A DNA stretch of 64,000 bases from the NCBI GenBank assembly GCA_021373255.1, contig JAJFTD010000199.1, forward strand, positions 611 to 64,610, read 5' to 3'. Under the pieces are notes generated by a model. It did no database searches. It was not told the DNA's origin and worked only from the letters and a program-made list of their open reading frames with translations. The stretch is from a bacterium (GTDB lineage Bacteria > Armatimonadota > UBA5829). Both the position numbers and the translations under genes were made by a program. Of the stretch, positions 28,069-38,702 are shown one piece after another (the first letter of the stretch is position 1; each line of letters opens with the position of its first letter).

Positions 28069-29094
28069 TCAGCCTAAGCCTTTGTGCTGCCGGACGTTTT
28101 GCGCCTTCCACTGAAGCATAGGCTGCAAAGCAATAATGTCCATCATTTCCGTTTCCGTCGTCAGCAGTGAAGGCACAATTTCTCCACGATCCATTACCTG
28201 ATCCAGGAACTCCGTCTCGTTGCCACTCAGCGGCAGGATGGCATCTAACGCCGACCGGCACTCTTCCACGAGCGACTGCGCCCAGGCGTCAAAATCTCCG
28301 ACCGTGCCCAGAAAGTCAGTTCGTAGCACAGGAAGGAGCATCTCTCTCAGCTCCTGCGGATCGAAGCCAACGTCGTCAATGGAGACTGTGCGCCAGTCCT
28401 TGCGGTTCATTGCGCCGTATACTACGAATGCTAGCCGCAGTTTCTCCCTTTCCAACATACCGGCGGTCAGAAGCCGATGTGCATCAAAAAGGTCCCTCCC
28501 TGCGTGCCTAGATAGCAGCGCAGCCAGTTTTCCGGCAGCTAACTCGTGTATGTCCAGCACCGGAACACCGTGAGCACCGTAGCCGCCGACCAATCTGGAA
28601 TCGAGCCTTTGAATCGGCCACATTGGCCGCCTCAACATGAGATTCAAGTCTACTTCCAGATTAGCTCCCTGGGTAGCGGATGTCTGATAACGGAGACGCC
28701 ACTTGCCTCCAGCATGTTCCGCTGGCACTCGTTGAATGCCAAACTCCAGCCTACCGCAAGTAGCAGAGATGGCTTGCTCCAAATCGGGGCGCTCAGCTAG
28801 CATTACTTCCCGGTCATGCGATCCTACGTAGTTTAGGTCGATGTCCACGGAGAGCCTGGGCAAGTCGAATACGAAGAGGTTCAGCGCCGTGCCTCCCTTG
28901 AGGACTAGGCGATGTCTGAGATATGGGTGCTCCACGAACTCTCTGAGAATGGTAAGAAGCTGTGCGACCTTTTCCACAATCTCGGCACGATAACCGGTTG
29001 AAGCGGTCAGTTCATTCAGTCGCTGCGTCGAAATCCTCAAGCTGGTTCCTCCCAAGAGCGATTCAGGATGTCTTGAGGGACAATCAAGTTCCAC
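28069..29094 (-). CDS. AbiEii-like nucleotidyltransferase (DUF1814), second copy
   Basis: The hallmark motif is 'LKGGTALNLF...RLSVDIDL'. Confidence 0.7.
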   Translation of the reverse strand: MELDCPSRHPESLLGGTSLRISTQRLNELTASTGYRAEIVEKVAQLLTILREFVEHPYLRHRLVLKGGTALNLFVFDLPRLSVDIDLNYVGSHDREVMLAERPDLEQAISATCGRLEFGIQRVPAEHAGGKWRLRYQTSATQGANLEVDLNLMLRRPMWPIQRLDSRLVGGYGAHGVPVLDIHELAAGKLAALLSRHAGRDLFDAHRLLTAGMLEREKLRLAFVVYGAMNRKDWRTVSIDDVGFDPQELREMLLPVLRTDFLGTVGDFDAWAQSLVEECRSALDAILPLSGNETEFLDQVMDRGEIVPSLLTTETEMMDIIALQPMLQWKAQNVRQHKGLG

Positions 29095-29840
29095 GAGTCT
29101 ACCAATCGCCCTTGTCCTCTCAGTCTATCCACATAGCGGCGCTGTCGTGGGATAGCCGATCTCAGCCGCTCCAAGTGCTCGGTTGTGACCATGAGCGCAT
29201 CGGCATGTTGTTCCAGGAAGAAACCGACCTTCGCTATCGTAGTGGCGTTGCCTAGAAGTAGGGCATACTCCACTACCTTGTCCAGATGGAAGTACTCAAC
29301 CTGCTCCAGCGACCTCCATATTTCCTCCCAGCCCCCAGATAGGTCGGGACGATCAAGCACATCCACGAGCGTCCTTTCAAAGCTGGCAATCCGCACATCC
29401 AGCCCCGCAATTTCCAATGTCTCTATGCCAAATCCCTGCTGCGACTCTTCCGCAAGCTGTTTCGGGTATGGCACAGCCCGATATTGGCTTCCCCGAAAGG
29501 TGAATGGACGCACCTTGTCGTCCGTTAGGAGTGTGAACGTATTGAAGACCGAATATGCCCGGCCCCGGAACTGCAGCGCCGTGTGATATGCCAATGCTGC
29601 ATCAGGGGCGAGACGGGATGCTACGAGATAGGGGTCGGGGTCAGTTGTTTCCGGTGTTTGTCCGGGAGGCACGCTGGCATATAGCCCACGCCTGATTCTC
29701 ATGATCTGACCGTTGCCGGTATATCGCCTCAAAGCGGCAGTGAGTGTATTAACGTTACCCGAACCGTGCGTGGCTGCGAACGCAGCGAACTCATCGTAGG
29801 TAAACACCGGGTGGGTGGCGAAGAATGTTGTAGTCTTCAT
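29037..29840 (-). CDS. AbiEi-like antitoxin, second copy
   Basis: The N-terminus '...QIMRIRRGLYASVP' matches the AbiEi pattern. The gene overlaps its toxin partner. Confidence 0.65.
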   Translation of the reverse strand: MKTTTFFATHPVFTYDEFAAFAATHGSGNVNTLTAALRRYTGNGQIMRIRRGLYASVPPGQTPETTDPDPYLVASRLAPDAALAYHTALQFRGRAYSVFNTFTLLTDDKVRPFTFRGSQYRAVPYPKQLAEESQQGFGIETLEIAGLDVRIASFERTLVDVLDRPDLSGGWEEIWRSLEQVEYFHLDKVVEYALLLGNATTIAKVGFFLEQHADALMVTTEHLERLRSAIPRQRRYVDRLRGQGRLVDSWNLIVPQDILNRSWEEPA

Positions 29841-30218
29841 CTGTGGCCTGCCTGATGTTGCGTATCAACGCCCGTAGTTGGTAATGGCCAGCAATACCAT
29901 TACAAATAGTAATGGTATTGAGCTGTTTTGTCAACTCGCATGGTATCCTGCTGGGGACATTGTAGACTGTCGGGCACTGCGACGCATCCAACTGCAAACT
30001 CAGTTGGGCCAGCCGTTGATCGTACAATTCGTCGGTATATATCGATAACTACCGACACTTTGTACAAGGAAGCTGAGCGATGTCGGAACTCGCTACCAAT
30101 GAATTGGTGGTTGCCTCCAATATCTATCCTGCTACAAATGCCGCGCGTTCATAGCAAGATTTGTCGGGATGGACCGGCTCGCAACTGCCATTTTCATTGC
30201 GCAGGAAAAGTAGCGAAT

Positions 30219-31394
30219 TCAGCGAGACTTACGAAGCCCGTCACCCTCCAGTGTATCATCATCTTCATCGCTGTCATCGTACCGCTTGCCCAGTATTGGA
30301 TCTTCGCGAGCCACAAGAGGATCGAGCCAGGCGATCTTTTCCCTAGCCCATGCTATGTAGTTCAGCAGCCTGTCCCGCTTTCCAGTATCAGTTTCATTCT
30401 GAGCCTGCTTTTCCAACTCTCCTACATACTGCTCAATTACACGTGCCTTTTGCCAATCGAGAGCGTTTTCTTCCAGAGACTGGAATCGCTCCATTTCTTC
30501 TCTCTGTCGCTCTTCTCGTTCCCGTCGTTCCTGCTCTCGCTGCCATCGGAGTTGTTCTTCGCGGCGACGCTCTTCACGTAATGTCCGCAGAGCATGCGCA
30601 CATTCCAGAAGACCAATCACAAAAGAACCCGCTTCGCTCTCTAACTGCTTTGTTTTTGCATCGCGCCAGTTCTTTCGAGGTGCGTGGTAGTCGTCAATCA
30701 TCAAAGCCAAGTCGTGCTCTTTGCTCCTCAGCCGGATTCGCATCGGCTCTCCCAGCCAGACAATCTGTGTGTGCCTTTCCTTCTCATCTAGCTTGACTGA
30801 ACCACCGAGTTCCTCAACCACATGGAATATGGCATTGAGCAGGCGGTAGGCGCGAGTCATATCATCAGGCTGCACATTAATGTCCAGTATTTTCTTATAC
30901 CAGGTGGACCAATAGTTGTGGTCTGAGTTGTAGTTGCTGTCCAAATAGTTGAAGGGTTTCCTTTCCCGTTCTTTGCGTTTGTGCTCTGCTCGGACTTCTT
31001 GATCCTGCTTGATCAACGGGTGCGGATTTGTAAGTCGGTCCTTCACCTGCAGATTGTCGCAAAGCTGCAGCACCTTAGTCCGCTCATCTTCCTCCAGGAA
31101 TACCAGCCGCTCCCCTGACTTGGCCGGAGTAGTTGGTCGGGGTCGATCCGATGATAGTGATATCCGGCGTATCCTCTTGGGGCCATCGTAAGGCGGTAGT
31201 GGCTCACGTGCAACACTTTGCCCGGCACTCAGCTTCGCCCAATATCCTCGCGGCGGCACAGGCACTTGAAGTCGCTTACATGCCTTGTGAATGGCAACAT
31301 CAGAGACACCATATCGTTTGGCGACCGTAGTAACCGGCTCCGACCAGACCTCCTCATACAGCTTGCCGCGCTCATAACTATTGTCAGTTATCAA
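30219..31394 (-). CDS. hypothetical protein with an N-terminal HTH-like region and a highly charged coiled coil
   Basis: The N-terminal region is 'VAKRYGVSDVAIHKACKRLQVPVPPRGYW'. The coiled-coil stretch is 'RREEQLRWQREQERREREERQREEMERF'. Confidence 0.45.
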   Translation of the reverse strand: MITDNSYERGKLYEEVWSEPVTTVAKRYGVSDVAIHKACKRLQVPVPPRGYWAKLSAGQSVAREPLPPYDGPKRIRRISLSSDRPRPTTPAKSGERLVFLEEDERTKVLQLCDNLQVKDRLTNPHPLIKQDQEVRAEHKRKERERKPFNYLDSNYNSDHNYWSTWYKKILDINVQPDDMTRAYRLLNAIFHVVEELGGSVKLDEKERHTQIVWLGEPMRIRLRSKEHDLALMIDDYHAPRKNWRDAKTKQLESEAGSFVIGLLECAHALRTLREERRREEQLRWQREQERREREERQREEMERFQSLEENALDWQKARVIEQYVGELEKQAQNETDTGKRDRLLNYIAWAREKIAWLDPLVAREDPILGKRYDDSDEDDDTLEGDGLRKSR

Positions 31395-31438
31395 TACCTT
31401 ACCTCATCAAATGGATCAACGACAGACACCAACGTACC

Positions 31439-32323
31439 TCAAACACAAGAGCCGCCTAGTTTCTCCACATCTCTAAGCTGTGCCAGCGCTCGGAACCACT
31501 GGAGCCTGGTTTTGCCATCAAGAAGAACGTCCGCATTAACCCGCCCGGAGGTGGACGGGACAACGAACACCTTGGACGACCCGATGCTTATCCCTGCCAA
31601 TCCATAATGATGATGTCCGGAACCAGCAATGGCAGTGTATGCGGTCTTGCCATTAAAGCAGACGATCTTGGGACTGAAGGCGATTATCTTCTTCTTGAGT
31701 GATGGCGCGCCACCCGATAGTTCTGATCTCGACAGATTGGAATCATCCCCTGCATGCCTATTCTTTACCATGTCGGTCAGACCGACGCCGTATTCGGGGA
31801 GCCTCCAATCATCTTCTAGTCCCAACGGCACTGGGACAATGCCAGCTTGAAATATGCATTTGTAGAATGCATTGTTGTATCCAGAATAGTAGTGTTTCCT
31901 GACCGCAGAGACATCGCTGGCAGCCGTGCCGACAAATACGATGTCGAGCCCGTCTCTAAGATAATCCGGCAACACATGTGGCTGATCGGTTTCCACCTGC
32001 TGGATAGGTATCTCAGGTTTTGCAGGCTCAGCCTGGGCAATGGGTTCGTGGCGGTCATGACCGCACGCTCTGATATACCACCTACCATTGGGTTCTTGAT
32101 GCTGGCCACGAACCTGGCCCTTACGTAACAGATTGCGCAACGGCAGACCGGGCCTACTCGCCGAATCTTTGAGCAGATCTGCCTGGTGCAACCACAGCGC
32201 TGCCTGTATAGCAGTGACTTTGTAGAGGCTCTCACGCTTCAGTCGGTCCTGAAGATATCGGTTGATGGTATTCATATCAGCCACGTAATCATTTCCTCCC
32301 CAAGTGAAAGACCACCGCCTCAT
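31439..32323 (-). CDS. uracil-DNA glycosylase superfamily-like protein with an N-terminal extension
   Basis: The segments 'IVFVGTAASD', 'KIVCFNGKTAY' and 'VFVVPSTSGRVN' resemble the UDG/Mug fold. The family was not resolved. Confidence 0.4.
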   Translation of the reverse strand: MRRWSFTWGGNDYVADMNTINRYLQDRLKRESLYKVTAIQAALWLHQADLLKDSASRPGLPLRNLLRKGQVRGQHQEPNGRWYIRACGHDRHEPIAQAEPAKPEIPIQQVETDQPHVLPDYLRDGLDIVFVGTAASDVSAVRKHYYSGYNNAFYKCIFQAGIVPVPLGLEDDWRLPEYGVGLTDMVKNRHAGDDSNLSRSELSGGAPSLKKKIIAFSPKIVCFNGKTAYTAIAGSGHHHYGLAGISIGSSKVFVVPSTSGRVNADVLLDGKTRLQWFRALAQLRDVEKLGGSCV

Positions 32324-33440
32324 TTAGCAACGTCCGCTTCCTTACCTTGAATCGTCGCTCGAACAGGTCATCAGACTCCCGTTCAATCTCCACCAACCCC
32401 AGGAACTCAGCAAACCCTTTGATACAGCGCGAGGAATAGCAATTGCGCACCGTTTGTTCCGGCGTGCTATACGATAATGAAGGCACCTCTTTCATCACGA
32501 CTGGAAATGCCCGCAGAAAGGTGTCTTCATAGAAACTGTTCGGTCGCCACTCATCACCATAGAGGTCGAGCAGGTAGAGTGTGAACAGGAACGAGTGTTG
32601 AATGAAATCGATCTCTGGATAGCCATCGCGGTAACCCCAATTGAACTGTTCGGCATAGGTACGCAGCAGTCGAGGATATATGCCGGCCAAGCCATGCTCG
32701 CTCAGCAGCTTGCGGCACTCGCGACCCAGGATGAACCTGCCCTTGTACTTGCGCACCAGCCCGTAAAGCTCGGCAACAATCCGGGTGGCGTGCATATCAT
32801 AGAAGTCAGGCTCGGTGTAGATATTGCTGATCTCGGTATGCTTCTTGTATCCCTCTTCGCCCCAGTATGCCAGCCCAGCCTCGCGCAAGAACCTCTGCGG
32901 CAGGTTGCCGGTTGCGGTTGGTTTGAGCCCCTGGTCGCCGATAGCCTTCGCGAGCAATTGGAACAGCATCACAATAGGCGCGGACGGCGGCACATCGAGA
33001 CAGGACGGGAATGTGACCAGTTCCGGGGAATCAAATGGATGATATAGGATCCCGCCCATCTGATCCGATGACAGCCCGTGGAACTCGTCCCTTGGCGCAC
33101 TATTACGCTGTCGCATAAAGCCGTCCAGAAAAACCTGGGCCTCTTCCCGTGAGGTGAACTCCTCGCCCTGCATTGCTTGGCGCACGTCCGCAAATAGCTC
33201 TTCATGCAGGCCCGACGTTGAAGATGCCTCTTCCCGCCCAAGGCAGCATTTCTTGTATTTCAGACCACTGCCACACGGGCAGGGATCATTTCTTCCCACG
33301 CTATACATAGTCTCGCACCCTGTATTCCATAATCCTCTGAACAGCAGCAATTCCTCAATTGTAGCATAGCCAGCGTCCTGAAGTATTAGATGATTCAAGG
33401 CAAGGTCGATGTGGATGCTGCGCCAGATATTGGGAAGCAA
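32289..33440 (-). CDS. SEC-C motif (zinc-binding) domain protein
   Basis: The SEC-C signature 'NDPCPCGSGLKYKKCC' lies near the N-terminus. The true start may be at 'MYSVGRND'. Confidence 0.5.
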   Translation of the reverse strand: MLPNIWRSIHIDLALNHLILQDAGYATIEELLLFRGLWNTGCETMYSVGRNDPCPCGSGLKYKKCCLGREEASSTSGLHEELFADVRQAMQGEEFTSREEAQVFLDGFMRQRNSAPRDEFHGLSSDQMGGILYHPFDSPELVTFPSCLDVPPSAPIVMLFQLLAKAIGDQGLKPTATGNLPQRFLREAGLAYWGEEGYKKHTEISNIYTEPDFYDMHATRIVAELYGLVRKYKGRFILGRECRKLLSEHGLAGIYPRLLRTYAEQFNWGYRDGYPEIDFIQHSFLFTLYLLDLYGDEWRPNSFYEDTFLRAFPVVMKEVPSLSYSTPEQTVRNCYSSRCIKGFAEFLGLVEIERESDDLFERRFKVRKRTLLNEAVVFHLGRK

Positions 33441-34411
33441 GAGCCCTAGGATCCATTGGCAGACAATTCACATCACAGCTCGAAAGCTCCAACACTACGG
33501 ACTTTGCGGCCTCTGCCTGGTCAATTGGGAGTAGTCCGTTTAGGTTACCGCCATTTTGATTCGATCTCACCCTTTGGTGGATTTTTGCATTTTCTTACTG
33601 CGACCGCGGATGCTCTGCAGGTCCAGGTAGACTCGAATTGGTGAAGCAGCACATGCACCGTCAATAGGTCGAGAGCCGTAGGAAACATTTCGGCCACATA
33701 GAGAGTTGAAGCCGACGATCACACCGCTTGCTTACTTGAGAACTCAGGGCTTCCACAAACGGATTCTTCTCTACCGCAGTCTTTGCATATGCAGGCTAAA
33801 AGTTGGAGCGGCAGTTACCGGCAAGGTCCATGTATCTAATGTTTCTCCAAACACAGATATAAGCGGATCACGGAGATATCATAGCTACGAAGATGCCGTG
33901 CATTTGGGAGGTCGCTAATCATTTAGTCGATCTGACTCATAGCATCTCTTGGGATATAGCTGCCCGCTAGATCTGACCTCTATTGACAGGGCGATCTCAT
34001 CTGTGGACATCTTCAGCTTGACGAGCAGATCTAGTCATCGTCCTTCGATAGCGAATCTCGTCTGACATCTTGCATCTGGACCAGAGTTGTCTGTGTAAGC
34101 AAAAGCAAAGACCAACAATGAGCAGGTTTTCCTGTCTACACTTGGTAGGGCAAGAAATCACTGACAAGACTTGTAACTCAGCTTGAGAATGGGGTCGGAG
34201 TTAACTGAATCGATGGCGGAGGAGATCAGCCGTGAGCTAACCTTTTGCCACGGGTTTACCGACAGTGTCAAGTTTGCAGATTTCATCGGCTCGGATAGGA
34301 GACTGCCCGGTATCAGGATGGGCACAGCGTACCCGGGTTATCATCGTTATGCTCGCAGATCGGCAGCGCACTCCTCACCAACCACTACTGAGCTTCTCCT
34401 GCACAGCTCTA

Positions 34412-34933
34412 TCAAATCCAGCTCTCGATCACTACAGCCATCACCAACGCCAGAACAGCCAGAAGTAGAAGAGCAAGCGACCCAACGAACACACGATACT
34501 TCCGCACAGCAATCTGCGAGTTCTGGATGATCTGCTCAGCGTACAGATATTCCTCGTTCCGCCGTGAGGGTGGTTCCGAACCGCAAACACTGTGGAGAGC
34601 ATCCAAATATTTATTTGCGCGGCCGTATTTTGCTATATCCCCCCAGAAAAGCAGGTTATCACCCGTTCTGGGGGTCCCGTAGCCACGCAATAGGCCTATC
34701 CCGCATTTCGGCCACATGGACAGTAAGGCAAGGATAAGGCTAAGCGAGCTTAACGCGGCGGAACAGAGAAGGCAAACTTTGGACGTGTAAGCGAACTTGG
34801 TTGAGTCCTTCAGCAGGGACAAGACTGCGACTGCGGCAGCACCATTCAAAGCCACCAAGGCAGCGTTCTTTGCCTCTGCAAACTTGAGCCACTCATTAAT
34901 ATTGTTGAAGACGAATCTTAGTCTTTCTTCCAT
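34412..34933 (-). CDS. small integral membrane protein with about 3 TM helices
   Basis: Hydrophobic segments are 'AALVALNGAAAVAVLSLL', 'VCLLCSAALSSLSLILALL' and 'FVGSLALLLLAVLALVMAVVI'. Confidence 0.45.
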   Translation of the reverse strand: MEERLRFVFNNINEWLKFAEAKNAALVALNGAAAVAVLSLLKDSTKFAYTSKVCLLCSAALSSLSLILALLSMWPKCGIGLLRGYGTPRTGDNLLFWGDIAKYGRANKYLDALHSVCGSEPPSRRNEEYLYAEQIIQNSQIAVRKYRVFVGSLALLLLAVLALVMAVVIESWI

Positions 34934-35127
34934 ACGTCACTCCTTTGAACTCGCCAATCCTGCAACTGCCACGATCAATCTGACTCGGGAGACCCCTCAA
35001 CCCCAACTTTAGCTCAACGCGTTCCACGAGTGGGGAACGCAGACAGTTGATGATAGCTGTCGCAGATCTGGTAGCACCTAATCTTGTCTGCTTGTCTGGG
35101 CCAGCGCTCTTGGTTGGGCGAATGCTA

Positions 35128-35757
35128 CTAAACCTTGAAGGCTTTAGATCGGAGTACCTCAACGATCTCTGTTCTCGAAAGCAAGGCTAGCGTGTTGTCG
35201 ACAACCGGAACATCGTTCAGAACCCCGACAGCTAAAAGCTGATCCAAATCCTGATGCTCCAGAGAAATCAGGGCATACTCAACGTTAGCATCGGTGAGTT
35301 GTCGCGGTTTCTGGATTCTGTTGATGCAGAAGAATTCGATCCGGTACACGGTCCAGGCGCTTTGCGTCTTCGAGTACTTCAACCAATACTCCGGTTCAAT
35401 GATAGGCGCTGGCTCGATTTCTATTCCGCCGCAGGCATAGAGTGCATCAAACTCTGATGCGGCTTTGGTCAGTCTAGACTCCAGAGGGCACTTAACAACC
35501 TTGTCAAATTCGCTCAGGAGATCGCCGTAGCGCTCTGCTCGAAAGGCATAAATGTCGTTGGTAGTGGAAAAGAACGGCATCCATTCGTTCCACCGAGTCG
35601 GCTCATAGTTGATTACTACCAGTCCGCCTTGATGTGTCGTTTTGTGGTCAATGGCGTACAGCAAGTTCGTAGAGATGGCGTACCTGCTAGGCCTTGCGTC
35701 GACGGGGATGGGTTCATTACTGCCAGCCATTGCGTTCGTAATGCTGATATTGGTCAT
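35128..35757 (-). CDS. hypothetical cytosolic protein upstream of the membrane protein
   Basis: ORF only. It sits in the same orientation as 34412-34933, separated by a 194-nt gap. Confidence 0.4.
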   Translation of the reverse strand: MTNISITNAMAGSNEPIPVDARPSRYAISTNLLYAIDHKTTHQGGLVVINYEPTRWNEWMPFFSTTNDIYAFRAERYGDLLSEFDKVVKCPLESRLTKAASEFDALYACGGIEIEPAPIIEPEYWLKYSKTQSAWTVYRIEFFCINRIQKPRQLTDANVEYALISLEHQDLDQLLAVGVLNDVPVVDNTLALLSRTEIVEVLRSKAFKV

Positions 35758-35802
35758 CTTTCAGGCTCCTTTGGTTTATCAGATTGCCGCTCAATCTCGA
35801 CT

Positions 35803-37152
35803 CTATGGTTGATGCTCCAGTATGCGTAGCTGAATCAGAGACTCCTTCTCCTGTTGCTCATAGGTGTCTACGCAAGCAAACCTATGTTGATCGAATATCT
35901 CTTTATGCCGCTCATAAAAGTCAGGCAATACGGCAAAGTATATTAAGCTCGTTGGCTCTTGTCCTCGTTCTTCCACCCATCTCCGAAGCACACTTTGAAT
36001 CCGCGACAGTGTTATCAGGGCTTTGCCCGTATGGCCACCGGTTTCGCTGTGAAGCCCGCCAGTTTTGCCATATGTGTAATCATCGAGCATTAAAGCACAT
36101 CTTGAACTGAACGAGGCCTCGCTCGCAGTTATTGCATTGTTTACCTTAGCCATAACTGTGATAACAAGTCTCAGCGTTCGGTCGAGTTGGTTAGCAACCT
36201 TTTCCTCTGGCTTGAGGTAGCCGACCTGCTGCCTGAGGGGGGAGGTGGCCAAGAATCCGTCACCTTCAATGACACGCTGGTAATAGCCAAACTTATCCAA
36301 GCTCTGTCTAAAAACGGACGACAGTACCAGCAACAACTCGTGCGCTATCTCCTGACCGCTTTCTGTAAGGGACCTGAATTCATCGTGAACCCTGTAATAG
36401 AACTTCCCGAACGAGACCAGGTCGAAAGATAAGATCAGGCCGTATTCGCTGTACACTAACTCCTGTTCAGATATGTCAATAGGATGACTGCATAATAGCT
36501 GTATCTCATTGGCGAAGAAAGGGTAAGCAACGTTTGTCGATAGGGGCTTGCCTCTAAAAAACATCTTCTCAGGATCATCGCCCGGAATCTCCAGAACCTC
36601 GTTCAAATCCTCGATGCATAGGAACTCAAAGCCCCTAATACACTCCGGATCCGCGACATTCAACTTGCCCAAAGTCTCCAATTCCGTTACGAGGCTCCGC
36701 TTTACGAAGTAACACTTCCACTTGTCTGGCTCCCTCGTGGATCGCTTGAACTCCAGTATGTCATCCATAGGGATTAGACGCCCAGGAGACACTCCCATAT
36801 GGTAGAAGTTGTACGCTATCCTTTCTGCTATCGACGCGGAATGTCGTTCAGTCTCTTCGCGGAAGAACTGCCGGATATGCCCGACTTGATGGTACTTGTT
36901 CGGCCCGCTCTCTACCTTATAGGCTATGTAGGGTGTGGACCAGATACACTCTCTGACGCCCCCGTTCTGGGGCAATCGCCTGGAGTAGCTTGGATACTGC
37001 AAGACAAGATAGTGTTGGCCCCCGTTCCTCAGCACATATATGAAGAGATGGAGAAACCAGAATTCGGACGGTGAGGGGTCTAGTTCATAGGTATCTGGCA
37101 CCATCGTCAAGTCACGCCAGTCATTCGAGTACATATCTCGAGCAGTATTCAT
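35803..37152 (-). CDS. hypothetical protein of 449 aa
   Basis: A long ORF. Its start overlaps the stop of the upstream radical SAM gene by 4 nt. Confidence 0.45.
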   Translation of the reverse strand: MNTARDMYSNDWRDLTMVPDTYELDPSPSEFWFLHLFIYVLRNGGQHYLVLQYPSYSRRLPQNGGVRECIWSTPYIAYKVESGPNKYHQVGHIRQFFREETERHSASIAERIAYNFYHMGVSPGRLIPMDDILEFKRSTREPDKWKCYFVKRSLVTELETLGKLNVADPECIRGFEFLCIEDLNEVLEIPGDDPEKMFFRGKPLSTNVAYPFFANEIQLLCSHPIDISEQELVYSEYGLILSFDLVSFGKFYYRVHDEFRSLTESGQEIAHELLLVLSSVFRQSLDKFGYYQRVIEGDGFLATSPLRQQVGYLKPEEKVANQLDRTLRLVITVMAKVNNAITASEASFSSRCALMLDDYTYGKTGGLHSETGGHTGKALITLSRIQSVLRRWVEERGQEPTSLIYFAVLPDFYERHKEIFDQHRFACVDTYEQQEKESLIQLRILEHQP

Positions 37153-38702
37153 TGAGCACCTACCCTATTATCTAGCCGCCGAGTCATATCCAAGAAGAGC
37201 TTGCGCAGGCGTTTGCCTAGATCTCGAGAGTCCTTCTCCGCTTCACTGCAGCACGCACGCAGCAATTCATAGTCGTGCCTTCTTAAGATGGCTAGTTCAA
37301 GCTTTAAGCCATCGATTCTCTGACTGTCATTAAGATCGCTCCGAATCCTGCTCTGCAGGTCGTATGCCATAGAAATAGAACGTTCTTCCCACCGCGAGTA
37401 GGTATCATATATCAACGCGATATCCTCTGATTGGAAGACAACTTCTACCTCTACACTATCCATGTTCACCCCACTAGTGATCCAGTCTCCATCTTCGTAA
37501 TACTTGAACAAGGACGTGTTAGGTACCGTCCGTAACCGCTTACCAAATCGTGAGTAGTGGCTCAGGAGGCCACTGCGTTCCAGGAAGTCCAGGTTGTCGC
37601 GCAGGTCATGGAGAGTCATCTCAGGATCAAACATAATGAAGCCGGCATCGACATCAAGATCACAACGGGACAGCAGATCTAGTGCCCACATGTTATCATC
37701 GACCGTGACTCCCTTGTTATACCGCGCCAACTGATTGGGATTCCCCGACTCCACACCAAGGAAAAAGCCCAAGAAACCGGCGGTCCTCATAGTCGTCAAT
37801 AGCTCAGTGTTCTCCAACTCGTCATAGCTACCGATAACCGACCGAGTACTCGTGCTAGCATAGAACTTCAAACTAGCATCTATCACTTTATTCCTTTTCA
37901 ACTCTAGGATTTCATTGCACAGGTAGAACATTCGCTGCCTATCAGGCCCGATGAAGTCCTCGTCCGTGAAATAAACTATCCCAGTGCCTGCTTGCGAAAC
38001 TTCAATGATCTCCGAGAGAACTTTCTGCACAGGAAATGGTCTCCAGAGACTCTGGCCGTATTTCCACGGAATTATGCAGAAACTGCATTGGCTCCAGGGG
38101 CAACCTCGGCTTCCTTCAATTCGGATCACCCCATGATTATCTAGTATGCTTTTCACATATGGGCGAAAGGGCTTAACGTAGAAATTCCGGCAGTCTATTG
38201 CGCTTCTGATCGTACACACTACAGTACCCTGACAGTTAATAGCCAGATTAGGGACAGCCCCCTCGACCAATCGTTCTCTAAAAACGTCCGATGCAGTCGG
38301 ACCAAGCGCAAGTGATTGCTCTACTATTGCAGTAATGGCCTCTTCGCCTTCTCCAATCACACAGATCACATCTTCATATCTGGATAGCACATCCGAATAA
38401 GCCATGGTAGGTAAGCTATCACCCAGTATCACAACTGGTACCGGATCCATTTTTAGTATCTCATCTTGCACAAACCGAAGGGTTTCAAACGAACCGATCT
38501 TGCAAGAAATGCCGACAATATCTGGGCGAAAGCTGCCTAGCAGGACTCCAACAGTAGGATGAGCCAACTTGAGGTAGGCTAGTTCTATACGCACGTCCTC
38601 CTCGAAACGCGCTAACAGCGCACCGGCAAGTGCCTCTATACCTAGCGGTTCGTTTAGCTCTTCCCGTGGATAGCCTATATCAATTAACAGAATCTTTAAC
38701 AT
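37149..38702 (-). CDS. B12-binding domain radical SAM protein
   Basis: The N-terminus 'MLKILLIDIGYP...' looks like a B12-binding fold. The Cys cluster is 'GSRGCPWSQCSFC'. The ORF call extends to 38780, but the likely start is at 38702, where 'AAGTGG' precedes the ATG. Confidence 0.65.
   Translation of the reverse strand: MLKILLIDIGYPREELNEPLGIEALAGALLARFEEDVRIELAYLKLAHPTVGVLLGSFRPDIVGISCKIGSFETLRFVQDEILKMDPVPVVILGDSLPTMAYSDVLSRYEDVICVIGEGEEAITAIVEQSLALGPTASDVFRERLVEGAVPNLAINCQGTVVCTIRSAIDCRNFYVKPFRPYVKSILDNHGVIRIEGSRGCPWSQCSFCIIPWKYGQSLWRPFPVQKVLSEIIEVSQAGTGIVYFTDEDFIGPDRQRMFYLCNEILELKRNKVIDASLKFYASTSTRSVIGSYDELENTELLTTMRTAGFLGFFLGVESGNPNQLARYNKGVTVDDNMWALDLLSRCDLDVDAGFIMFDPEMTLHDLRDNLDFLERSGLLSHYSRFGKRLRTVPNTSLFKYYEDGDWITSGVNMDSVEVEVVFQSEDIALIYDTYSRWEERSISMAYDLQSRIRSDLNDSQRIDGLKLELAILRRHDYELLRACCSEAEKDSRDLGKRLRKLFLDMTRRLDNRVGAQ

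Noticed and set aside
33900-34100. Run of short degenerate GATCTGA/ATCTCATC repeats that resembles a repeat array
   Set aside because: There is no regular unit or spacing, no flanking conserved repeat and only 3-4 imperfect 7-8-mers. This is not CRISPR or a tandem repeat and is probably compositional.
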